A DNA stretch of 64,000 nucleotides, from contig NC_086097.1 of assembly GCF_963921235.1 (NCBI RefSeq), forward strand, positions 231,138,001 to 231,202,000. The letters are read 5' to 3'. This DNA comes from Mobula hypostoma (lineage: Eukaryota). The stretch's first letter is position 1. The number at the start of each line of letters is the position of its first letter. Both the position numbers and the translations under genes were made by a program. This document shows positions 1 to 10,925 of this stretch, piece after piece. The notes under the pieces were generated by a model. The model was not told the origin of the DNA, ran no database searches, and saw only the letters and a list, made by a program, of their open reading frames with translations.

Positions 1-177
1 TTAGCTATGTTTAAAAGGAAGTTAGATATGGCCCTTGTGGCTACAGGGGTCAGGGGGTATGGAGGGAAGGCTGGGTTCTGAGTTGGATGATCAGCCATGA
101 TCATAATAAATGGCGGTGCAGGCTCGAAGGGCCGAATGGCCTACTCCTGCACCTATTTTCTATGTTTCTATGTTTCT
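1..177 (+). mobile_element. CR1 (HER1-like) LINE 3' end
   Basis: gatcagccatgat...ggctcgaagggccgaatggcctactcctgcacc plus (tttctatg)n tail. The same 3' end occurs on CR1 ORF2 fragments at 42255-42797 and 63292-63508. Confidence 0.85.
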
Positions 178-1099
178 AAAAGACAAGGGTAAGGTTCTGA
201 TAAATCATAAACAAATTTAATCAGAAGAGAAAGAGAAGGAATAAGCTGATGAACACAGTGATGTAGAAAGGGAAACATCACAAATGAATGCAAGAAGTGT
301 TTTTAAACAGAACACTTAGAAGCATAAATGAATGTTGAGTGACATAATATCTGAGCTACTTGGGAATATTATAGTCCAGGAGAAAAGAGAAGTAAAAAAG
401 GGAAACTGTTAGGACGTGAGGATATTACGGATGTTGAATTAGTACAAAATCCAATTTGAATGAGTTGAGAAAGAACAGGGTATGAATATTTGTGCATTAC
501 AAGTAAACTTTATCATTGACAACAATAAGCAAAAATAAAAATAACAAATGCTGAGTATGTTTTGCAAGGAAGATAGACGAAACAGGTTAACAATTTTAAA
601 TGCACTCAAGCTACTTACTATGCAGATTGAAGAGCAAAATTGCCAGGAAATTAAACTAAACAAACAATTATTACAAAAATGGTCCTCTGGTACCTCACTT
701 GTATCTAGCAAAGACAGAAAAATATCTAACACAGTCCCAGAAATTTCATCTTTGCTTTCCCACGACATCCGAGGATTCACACGGGCTGGCCCCAGAGATT
801 TTCGTGCCCTAAGACCGCCCCAACTCCTCTTTCATAATGGAACCATCATTCAGTACTCTTTCCTGAACACCAGTAACTTCTATGACCTTCTTTATAGTAA
901 ATACAGATGAAATTTATTCATTTAAGACCTACTCATTCCCATGGCTCCACGCATAGCAACCATGCTGGGTCCTTAAGCAAACCTTTTCTCTCCCTATTTA
1001 TACCATTGTAGGCATAATATACGGAGTTTTCCAGAATTCTTTTTGAATTTTGCGTTGGCTTGTGCTGAGCCTTGCAGGTGGTTGTCTTGGTAAAAGAGC

Positions 1100-2190
1100 A
1101 GCGTTGTGTGTAGCAGTTAGTGCCAGCAATTGGCTATCAGGGTTCAGTTCCCACTGCTGTCTGTATGTGGGTTTCCTCTGGGTGCTCCAGATTCCTCCTG
1201 CATTCTTTCTTTTTAAATCTTTATATTAAATTTTCAAAATTATAAACACAGTAACAATGTTGATACAAAGAGATTGGAATAACCTTAATAAACATATACA
1301 AAAAAGATTTTAAGTAACAGGGATAATAGACTTCCAAACTCATAATGAAATTAGACATATAAAAAAAGAAATAAAAAGAAAAAAAATATAGAATACTAAA
1401 CCCAAAAAAAAACAGAACAGGGCTAGACCAATATCTTGAATCAGTCATGTTCAATAATGTCGTTAACTCTGCTCCTCTATTCATATAATTTAAGTTAATA
1501 AAAAAGATTTGGAAAGGTCAAATTACATCATATGAAAATGTTGCATAAAAGGTTTCCAAGTTTCTTCAAATTTAACCGAAGGATCGAAAATATCACTTCT
1601 AGTTTTTTCTAATTTTAAACTTAATATAGTTTGAGAAAACCATTGGAATGTAGCAGGAGGATTCAATAAAATGGGATAAATTTTTTCAATTAGTTATATG
1701 TGCTAAACATACATTAATACAATTTAAAGTAGTGCATAGAGCCCATATATCCAAAGATAAATTAGCCCATTTTTATTCCCATATAAACCCTATTTGTGAT
1801 AGATGTCACTCTGAGGTGTCTTCTTTAACTCACATGTTTTGGTCCTGTCCTCTTTTGGAAAAATATTGGAAAGATATTTTTGATATTATTTCAACAGTTC
1901 TATGCTTTGATTTACAACCCCATCCTATTACGGCAATTTTTGGATTGCCAATGGTAGAACATAGATCTTTGTCTTCTTCAGCCTGTCGGATAATAGCATT
2001 TGTCACTTTAATGGCCAGAAGATCTATTTTATTGAACTGGAAGGAAACCAATCCTCCTGCATTCTAAAGATGTACGGGTTGGGGTTCGTAAGCTGTGGGC
2101 ATGCTAGGTTGGTGCCAGAAGCATGGTGATACTTAAAGGGTGCCCACACACTTCCTCCGACTGCGTTGGCCATTGATGCAAATGACACAT
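1100..2190 (+). mobile_element. tRNA-derived SINE (V-SINE-like) split by an L1 insertion
   Basis: B-box-like ggttcagttccc and gtgggtttcctctgggtgctccagattcctcc before 1206; the SINE resumes aaagatgtacgggtt after 2065. Edges approximate. Confidence 0.65.
1207..2051 (-). mobile_element. 5'-truncated, 5'-inverted L1/Tx1-type LINE
   Basis: 1207-1663 is the ORF2 C-terminus and 3' UTR on the minus strand. About 1666-2060 is the preceding ORF2 segment (CDRC...HMFWSC) on the plus strand. TSD tcctcctgcattct at 1193-1206 and 2052-2065. Confidence 0.9.
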
Positions 2191-2194
2191 TTCT

Positions 2195-2490
2195 CTGAAG
2201 CAAGAGATAAATCTGCAGATGCTGGAAATCAAAGTAATACACACAAAATGCTGGAGGGCCAGGCAGCATCTGTGGAAAAGAGTACCCAGTCAACATTTCA
2301 GGCCGGGACCCTTCATCAGGACTGGTAAAATGAGATTAGAAGTCAGAGTGAGAAGGAGGTGGGAAGGAGAGGAAGAAGCACCTCCTGGTGATAGGTGGAA
2401 CTAGGAGAGGGGGAAGAGTGAAGTAAAGAGCTAGGAAGTCGATTGGTGAAAGAGATAAAGGGCTGGAGAAGGGGAAATCTGATAGGAGTA
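2195..2490 (-). mobile_element. Penelope-like element 3' fragment with hammerhead core
   Basis: Minus strand cagtcCTGATGAagggtcccggcctGAAAtgttgac; homologous to the end of the GIY-YIG element at 44393-45746. Confidence 0.75.
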
Positions 2491-3157
2491 TTCTGTGTTC
2501 TTCCATCAACATATTTACTTTATATTTTGAAATATGGGCATCAGTTTTAGCAATCAAAAATGTCCATCCAGCTTTGCCAGATACCTAGGCGATCAGTAGG
2601 GACTCTGCTGGAGCTCACTCACTCACTAAATCTCGACTCCATGGTGTACACAGTCAGCAAAACAGGACCTCTGTCGCCCTAGACTACTGCATGCATGGTT
2701 TGTTAATCCAGGAGATGAATCCCAACATGATTTCTTGTGGTTATATCTTAACAGTGCTGGAAGGGGCTTTACCTAAAATTGGGCAGTCTTTCATTTATTC
2801 TGTTATGGTTATTATTCTATAGGTTTATTGAGCATGGCAGCAAAATATGAATCTCAGGTTGTATATGGAGTATGTAGTTTGATAATAAATTTAGTTTGAA
2901 TTTTGAAATAAAATCCCTGTAATGCAACCAAATTATGCTCAATTTACAGAGAAATTTGATTACATCACAATAAATAAAGTGCAGATCTCCATATGGTTAA
3001 AAAAAAGACACATATGTTGTTACTTACAATATTGTAATTAGTGGAAGTATCACCGAGGTATTTTGTAAATATTCATATTGACAAAACTAGGACAAAAGCA
3101 ATGATTAGAATTATTTTCATCCCCATTGCTTTTATGGATCTACACCTTAATCCACAG

Positions 3158-3370
3158 CTGTTGCCGTTGTTCCTTTTCACGCCTTGTGGCGCATCAGGCG
3201 GCGTTTTTGCTGTTTCTGTAGCACTTGACTGTTTGTCTATGAGGTCGAGTTGCTAGCTCGATGCTCAACCCAGCACAAAAGCGTGCAAGGAACCGACCGG
3301 ATTTGAACTTGGGACCACTTGCCTTTAAGTCTGATGCTGATGCCACGATGCCACTACACCACCAGCCGGC
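3158..3370 (-). mobile_element. tRNA-headed SINE
   Basis: Minus-strand head ccggctggtggtgtagtggcat...gttcaaatcc (A/B boxes); caacggcaac tail; tccacag repeated at 3151-3157 and 3377-3383. Confidence 0.7.
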
Positions 3371-4462
3371 TATTACTCCACAGTTAATTAACTAATTTTC
3401 AATCAAATCAGTAAAATGTTATATCAGTCTGTATTTGTGCTACTTTGAGCTTGTCACAAGATAGAAACAGATTTTGACATGCCCATCCGTTTGCCTTCCT
3501 CATTGTCAGGAAATACTATGTTTTTGCAACCTGCTGCTTCCTGGACTGTGATTTGTATTTTTGCATTTAGAGAAATCAAATGGAATCCTTAGCATTTATA
3601 GACTAGATAGCAACAAGTATAACAATTCCAAATACATCAAAATAAAATTCACTTGGAAACTTTCTATTAATTAAACTAGCTCTTCAGGTTCAATTAAAAA
3701 AAACACTGAAAGGTTTCAATCTCTCTGTGGAAAATTTCCATTTAAGTCTGATCCTAATACGTTGGGGTTTTCCACTCCTTAAAAAAAAGGCATTAATATT
3801 AAATATCAATTTTGTGCACTCTTGTACAAGCAGAAAAATCATATTTATGTACGTGAAAGCTCAAAAGGCAAATATAGGGAACATTACCTTCACAGAAACA
3901 ATTTGAGTTACCTTCCTGCACTTGAATTTCAATGAACACAGCAATTGTCACCCAGACACTATTTGCTACATGGCTGCTGGTTGCTTTGGAAACTGCAAGA
4001 ATGATTAACCGAAATTCATCGGGGAATGCAAATCGGCAGAGAAGTTTTCAGCTGTGAGTTTTTAGGTCACAGTAATGTGAAATGACAAATGATGATCATC
4101 CTTTTTATGTTAAAATAAACAATGATTGCATTGCGTTGCTAAGGAACCATGCCCTGGACAGTCATCTGAATCAAAAAAAATTATTGAGCTGTAATCCAAT
4201 TACACTCTTTTAAACAAAGAGCACTACTGTAATTATTTTTTGGTCACAATATGTTGGAGATATTGGATGTAATATTGATCCTATTGAGCAGTAGCATTAA
4301 TAGGCATAGATTGCCTACTCAGCTGACCCTGCAATAAGTCTAAAAATATCAGCTTTCTCTTGTGTCTTCCACAGATCCCCTGTTCCCTTTCTCCTTTTCT
4401 ACGAGAGAATTACCTTTCTTCCCTGGAGCTCATTTAGTGCCACATTCTGATGGTAAAAAAGT

Positions 4463-5360
4463 TTGAATGAAAATCTGGCTGAGTGGTGCCACAACAACCT
4501 CACACTCAATGCCAGCAAAACCAAGGAGCAGATTATTGACTACAGGGGGAGGAAACCAGAAGTCCCTGAGCCAGTCCTCATCAGGGAATCAGAGGCGGAG
4601 AAGCTCAGCAGTTTAAATTCCTCGACGTTATCATTTCAGAGGATCTGTTCTAGGTCCAGCACATAAGCGTCATTACAAAGAAAACATGGCAGTACCTCTA
4701 CTTCCTTAGGAGCGTGCAAAGATTTGGCATGTCATCTAAAACTTTGACAAACTTCTATAGATGTGCAGTGGAGAGTGTACCGACCAGTTACATCATAGCC
4801 TGGTATGGAAACACCAATGCCCTTGAACAGAAAAGCCTACAAGTAGCGGACACAGCCCAGTCCATCATAGTGAAAGCCCTCCCCACCATTGAGTACAGCT
4901 ACAAGGAGCACTATCGCAGGAAAGCAGCATCCATTATCAAGGACCCCCACCATCCAAGCCATGTTCTCTTCTTGCTGGAAGTTCAGGACCCACAGCATCA
5001 GGTTCAGGAACAGTTATTACCCCTCAAACATCAGGCTTTTGAACGAGAGGGGATAACTTCACTCAACTTCATTCACCCCAACACTGAACTGTTCCCACAA
5101 CCTATAGACTCATTTTCAAGGACTCTTCATCTAATGTTCTCAATATTTATTCCTTATTATTACTAATTTTGTTTTCATTTTTGTATTTACGCTGTTTGTT
5201 GTCTTTTGTATATTGGTTGTTTATCCGTCATGCTATATATGGTTTTCCATTGATTCTGTTTGTGTTTCTTTATATTTACTGCAAATACCCACAAGAAAAT
5301 GATTGGGTTGTATATGGTAACATATATGTACTTTGACAATAAATCTACTTTGCACTTTGA
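4463..5360 (+). mobile_element. Rex1/Babar-like LINE 3' fragment
   Basis: WCHNNLTLNASKTKE and LTNFYRCAVES...WYGN...IIKDPHHP (post-RT C-terminal region), followed by 3' UTR. Confidence 0.8.
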
Positions 5361-6579
5361 AATTATACCATCCCTCTTTTACCCGAATGAAACTTCACTT
5401 TTAATTGACTATACCAACACCTCTCCACCACTGAACTACTGGACAAGACTGCATTCACCTGGTTTTAGGTAGTCAAAGTCAGAGTTTAATCTTCCAGGAT
5501 CTCTACACCCATATGCAAGTTCACCAAAGATCTATTGTAGATCTTCCATCAGTTTCTTATTTAACGGTCGTCCCAGCTCTATGTCATCTGAAAACATTGA
5601 CAATGACATTGAGCTCCAACTCACCACTAAGTTCCTTGATCTCTCCACTGTCTCAAAATGTCCCGTAAGCACACTGGATGAGCAGAAGTTCCCTTGCTTG
5701 GGTCCTGACCACAAACTCCATTCCCTCACCACTTTCAGCAGACTCTCTCAATCATACTTTAATACTCTGAACTTAACAATTCCAACACAATTCAAAGTGG
5801 CTTCTGTTGTGTTTTTAATTCAGTAATATTTGAGTAATAGTACAATACATTGGTGATTAAACATTCTTTGTTTAAGTAATGCATTACAGGTTATATGTAA
5901 AAATATGCAAACTGCATATGTCATGACGCTATCACTGTACATATGCACATCTCGCTAAAAGTAAAAATGAAGCAAGACCCGTTCTCTTGGGCTCCTGTCT
6001 TTTTCTTGCAATTAGTTTAATGTTTTGGAGCTTACACAGCATAACAGTGGCAAGAAGTATTTTGAAAACGAACCCAAGATGACTACCCACATGTTGAAGT
6101 GCAGTGAGACAATCAAGTTTTTGAAGAAGCGCAGTGAAATGGTCAAGTAAAAAAAAACAGTACAGCAAGTGTCTCTTCAGAAAAGGAGGCAGTAATGATT
6201 GAGTTATAAAGATAGATGTGTTCCATTGCACGGCAGATAACTAGCTCGAGTATACAGAGCTAACTGAGCAGTATTTTAAAGCAAATGATATAGCCAATGA
6301 GAATTGAGCCAGTTTTGCTGAGTGTATTGGGTTTAAAGGCATACAGTTTGCTTAGAAGTTTGACTGCTCCAACCAAACCAGCAGAAATTACCTTTGTTAA
6401 TATTGTGAAAGTAATGCAGGAATATTGAAAGCTGAAACCATTGTTGATTATAGTTATATTAGGTTTCATTAGCAGAATCAAAAGGAAGGTGAGTCAATTT
6501 CAGCATATGTGGCTGAATTGAAGAAGTTGTCTGAAAATTGTCAGTTCAATAATGGGCTTAATGATGCATTGAGAGATCA

Positions 6580-6740
6580 CAAACACAACAAAATCTGCAT
6601 ATGTTGGAAACCCAAGGCAAAACACATAAAATGCTGGAGGAACTCAGCAGGTCAGGCAGCATCTATGGAAATGAATAAACAGTTTCTTTCCATAGATGCT
6701 GCCTGACCAGCTGAGTTCCTCCAGTACTTTTTGGTGTTTT
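6580..6740. mobile_element. Fold-back Penelope-derived mini-insertion in the Gypsy gag region
   Basis: Inverted arms about 6628-6671 and 6687-6731 made of Penelope terminal sequence; flanked by ca(t/c)tgagaga. Confidence 0.7.
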
Positions 6741-7531
6741 ACACTGAGAGAGTGTTCAGTTCATGGAATCTTAAAAGAACACCTTCAAAAACGAATTGAA
6801 GGACGATTCACATTTAAAAGAACAATTGAAATAGCTGTATCAATGGAAACAGCAGAAGAGACGCAATTAAGTTGTAGTCAGGACAATTGCAGAAAATGCA
6901 ACAAAGTTGGACATGTACAAAGAGCATGATGGGCAGGCAAAAATAAATAGACTGCACAGGAAAGTGAAAAAGCTAAAAAGTCAAGTTACAGTTTCAAATA
7001 CAGCACTAATCTTCATTGTCATGATGAAATATCTGATAATGATGAGAGTGACAGAGGACTGTGTAGTCTTGTGAAAACTAACAATAGACAAGCAATAAGG
7101 GTTACACCAGAAGTGAACAGTAGATTAATTAAAATGGAATTGGACACTGGCTCGGCTGTTTCAGTCATTCCACAAATTGAGTTTGAATGGCATTTCAAAG
7201 ATACTGGACTGAAGCCTGTAGATATCCAACGAAGAACTTGTACCAGAGAAAAGATAACTCCTGTGGGAATGACATTCTTAACAGTGAAACACAACAACCA
7301 ACAAGCCACATGGAGCTTGTATGTGGTAAAAATACAAGAGGGCCAGCATTGTGGGGCTGCATGTGACTGAGACAAATACAACTCAATTGCAGATCCATTT
7401 TCTATGTGTATTCCACATCCGCTGTAATAGAGTCCATAAGTCAACTGAAAGCAAATTAAGAAAGGTACTGGATGATGTCACAACCATCTCCACACTATAT
7501 ACCATGGACCATAGCCCAAAAGGGGAAATGG

Positions 7532-9020
7532 GTGCTAGTGCCTATCTCTGTGTCTCTGGTTGGAAAACGTATTGGACCAAGGAAGGACCGTGTTGTTCAA
7601 AGGAATCATGAAAGTGATGAAAGCAGTGGTCCGACTACAACAGTATTTGTAGAAAACATATTAGAGAAAGCTTCTGATATATTTATCAAGCAATTGCTGG
7701 TGAAATGTTGCTTGGTTTCAAGCTGGAAGAGAGTTCCTGGAGTTTCTGGAAAGTTGCAAGCATTCGGCTTGAAGTACTGTCAACAGTTTTGGGCCCCACG
7801 TCTCAGAAAGGATGTGTTGTCATTGGAGAGAGTCCAGAGGAGGTTCATGAGAATGATTCCAGGAACAAAGAAGCGTTTAGCAGCTTTGGGCCTATACTCA
7901 CTGGAATTCAGAAGAATGCGTAGGAATCTCATTGAAACCTACCAAATGTTGAAAGGACTAGATAGGGTGGATATGGAGAGGATATTTCCTATGGTGGGAG
8001 TATCTAGAACTAGAGAGCACGGCCACAAAGTTGAGAAGCGTCCTTTTAGAACGGAGGTAAGGAGGAATATTTTTAGCCAGGGCGTACTGAATCTGTGGAA
8101 TGCTCTGCCACAGACTGCGGTGGAGGCCAAGTCCATGGGTATATTTAAGGTTGCAGTTGAACATTTCCTGATTGGTCAGGGCATCAAAGAATAAGGTGAG
8201 AAGGCAGGTGTATGGGGTTGAGTGGGATCTGGGATCAGCCATGATGGAGCAGACTCAATGGGCTGATTGGCCTAATTCTTTTCCTATGTCTTATGGTCTT
8301 ATAGCTTTTGTAAATGTAAAGAACCAGAATATTCTCTGCATGTGTTAAGGCACAATCTTCAACTGAGAGACAAAATAACTGTGTGTAAAAGATGCAAAGA
8401 CCAAAGCCCAGCTGGATGAATGGATGGCCAAAAAAGGAGTCAATGGATCTCTCCTTTTGGATTCCTAATCCACAACAACATTTGTCAGATGATGTTGTGG
8501 ATTAGAAATTCAAAAGCAGAGATCAGGTCGTAAAGTAGAAGGGATATTGAGAACTAAATGCCCCTTCCCAAGATAACGATGTGCATTCTGGAAAGAAGAA
8601 AAAGGAAAAGAAAGAGGAAGATGACACAAGTTCTATGGGAATAGAAGAGGATAAAGGAGACCAATAATAATTAGGAAATTCAGAGATGCTTACAAGATGC
8701 TAGAAGAAGAAAAAGGTTAGAAAGAGAAAGGTAAGTTGTTGAAAGGAGAGAAAAGGAAGTGAGAAGGAACTTGAGAGAGAAGGAGAAAAGCATGAAAGAG
8801 AGAAGGAAGGTGAGGAAGAAAAAGAGCAGGAACAAGAGCGTGAACAGGATCAGGACTGTGAGTGAACCCGTGAGCGAGACCGTGACAGGGATCCTGAGAG
8901 AACCAAGTATACGGAAAGGCAGCATGACTGAAAAAGGGATCGAGAGTAGGATAAAGAGAGAAAGAGATGCTGGGATCAGGAGAGAAGCAAGGATCGAACA
9001 GATCCAGATAGAAAAGGAGA
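7532..9020 (+). pseudogene. RBM25: RBM25 processed pseudogene fragment (RRM plus RE-rich region, no PWI domain)
   Basis: VLVPISVSLVGKRIGPRKD...GPTTTVFVENILEKASDIFIKQLLVKCCLVSSWKRVPGVSGKLQAFG, a CR1 insert, then FCKCKEPE...DAKTKAQLDEWMAKK...LNAPSQ...KKKKEKKE...KFRDAYKMLEEEKG and RE/RD repeats. Matches recalled RBM25 (GPTTTVFVGNISEKASDMLIRQLLAKCGLVLSWKRVQGASGKLQAFGFCEYKEPE). Stops and frameshifts present; no introns. Confidence 0.93.
7771..8303 (+). mobile_element. CR1 3' fragment inserted in the RBM25 retrocopy
   Basis: YCQQFWAPRLRKDVLSLERVQRRFMRMIPG...FSQGVLNLWNALP; (tcttatgg)-type tail; gctt duplicated at the junctions. Confidence 0.9.
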
Positions 9021-9799
9021 GCTGTCAGAACCACTTCCTACAGTCTCATAATCAACTCCTACAACTACCAGCACCTGAGATTGTTTTGACAGCCACAAGG
9101 CTCACTTGCTAAGCAGAGTGACCTCCCTTGTCAGGAAAGAATAAGAAATCCTCCACAGCCAGTAAATCTTTAAGCCCTGAATGGGATATTTGAGTTGGAA
9201 TTGATAGCTAAGCAGGGAGGAGCGTTTTGTATTTAATAGTTCAGTAATATTTGAGTAATAGTGGAAATATAGTGGTGAATACTTTCCTTGTTTGTTTAAA
9301 CAATGCATTGCAGGTTATATATAACACGTGAATGCATAGTTATGACTTTATCAAATTACACGTGCACATCTCACTAAAAGTAAAAACAAAACTAAGACAC
9401 GTTATCTCCGAATAATTTCTGAAGTTATAAAGCATAACAACTTCCTATCTGCCATCCCCGTTTGTATTCGTCTAAATCACTGTTGTGGTTATCTTCATTT
9501 AAGGTCATTCACCTGCTACATTAGCTCCCCTTCTCTCTTCACAGATGCCAGCTGACCAGTTGAGTATTTCTAGTATTTTGTGTTGTTGCTACAGATTGCC
9601 TTCATCAGTAATCTTTGGTTTTAATTTAACCCCAGTGATGGAAAAGTTCTTCTATGGAATATACTGACGAAAAGAAAATTAATTTAATAAATAGATTTAA
9701 GGACAACTTCATTGGATTTTGGTGAGGTAAAAAAGAAGACCAATAAAGGGAACATCAGATGTAGATCAACACACGCTGTGTATGAACATGCGAGTTTTT

Positions 9800-10505
9800 C
9801 AGCTGGAAAGGCCGCATCGACAGAAATGAATAGACATTTGATGTTTTGGGCCGAGATGCTTCTCCAGGACTGAAAAGGAAGGGGTAGACACCAGAATAAA
9901 AAGGTGGGAATGGGGAAGGAGGCTAGCTAGGTGATAGTTGAAGCCAGGTGGGTGGAAAAGGGCTGGAGAAAAAGGAATCTGATAGGAAAGGAGAGTGGAC
10001 CATAGGAGGAGGGGCACCAGGGGGAAGCGACAGGTAGGACAGAAGAGATAAAAGGCCAGAATGGCGAATAGAAGAGGGGAGGAGAGCGAAAAAATTTTTT
10101 TATCAGAAGGAGAAATCAATATTCTTGCCATCAGGTTTGAGGCTACCCAGATGGAACACAAGATGCTGCTCCTCCAACTTCAGTGTGGCCTCATCGCAAC
10201 ACAAGAGGAGTCCATGGACTGACATATTGGAATGGGAGTAAGAATTAAAATGTTCGGCCACCAGGAAGTTCTGCTTTCGGCGGGTGGAGCGGAGGTGCTT
10301 GATGAAGCAGTCCCACAATTTACAACAGGTCTCACCAATGTAGATGAGGCCACTCTGGGAGCACCAGACACAATGGACAACCCCAGAAGATTTGCAAGTG
10401 AAGCGTTGCCTCAGCTGGAAGGACTGTTTGGGGCCCTGAATGGAGGTGAGGGAGGAAGTGAATGGGTATCGCATTTAGGCTGCTTGCAGGGATAAGTAGC
10501 GGGAG
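9800..10505 (-). mobile_element. Penelope-like element fragment (GIY-YIG endonuclease)
   Basis: FTCKSSGVVHCVWCSQSGLIYIGET...EHF...LEEQHLVFHLGSLKPDGKNIDF. Confidence 0.85.
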
Positions 10506-10619
10506 GGACCAGACATAGATACTGATTTTCTCTAGTTTGTCCAAGTTCCATATCGTAGATTGCTAGCCAAGTAAAATTTCAGGCTCATCAAATAAAAAAA
10601 GGTCAATAGCAACAAGAAG

Positions 10620-10925
10620 TTCAAAGTTCAAAGTAGATGTATTCTTCAAGTACATAGGTCACCATATCCAATCCTGGGATGTGTTTTTCTTGCAAGCTTA
10701 CTTGGTAAATTCAAGGAACATTGAAAGACTGTAACTAACAGAATGGATAAACAACAGAAGTGCAAAAGACAACAAACAGCAAAGAAAAGATAGATAGATA
10801 GATAAATAAATAAGTACACAATAGATATCGAGAACATAAGAGGAAGAGTCCTTAAAAGTGAGCCCACAGGTTGTGGGAACAACAGCTCAGTGATAGAGTG
10901 AGTGAATGAATTTATCCTCTTTGGT
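10620..10925 (-). mobile_element. Rex1/Babar-like 3' UTR fragment
   Basis: (tttgaac)-type tail and 3' UTR homologous to 5020-5360. Confidence 0.6.

Larger units (their letters stand above)
5805..9439 (+). mobile_element. Degenerate Gypsy/Ty3 LTR retrotransposon with internal pol replaced by captured RBM25 sequence
   Basis: LTRs 5805-6046 and 9223-9439 share cagtaatatttgagtaatagt, cacatctc.ctaaaagtaaaaa and end in gcataaca. PBS-like gtggcaagaag at 6047; PPT agcagggaggag at 9211-9222; flanks gcttc/acttc. Gag remnants (AELKKLSENCQF, CRKCNKVGH) and protease ELDTGSAVS. Confidence 0.9.

Noticed and set aside
439..910. 113-120 aa ORFs as genes
   Set aside because: No recognisable homology or splice context; consistent with chance ORFs in AT-rich intron.
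3910..3992. Next L3MBTL coding exon (ag...AAG|gtaact)
   Set aside because: The required phase-0 frame hits a stop (FPKQPAAM*) and lacks the expected NGFKxGMKLEG motif. That exon was not found in 1-13260.
8680..9112. R/E/K-rich and F/L/S-rich ORFs as novel proteins
   Set aside because: They are shifted or antisense frames of the RBM25 RE-rich region.
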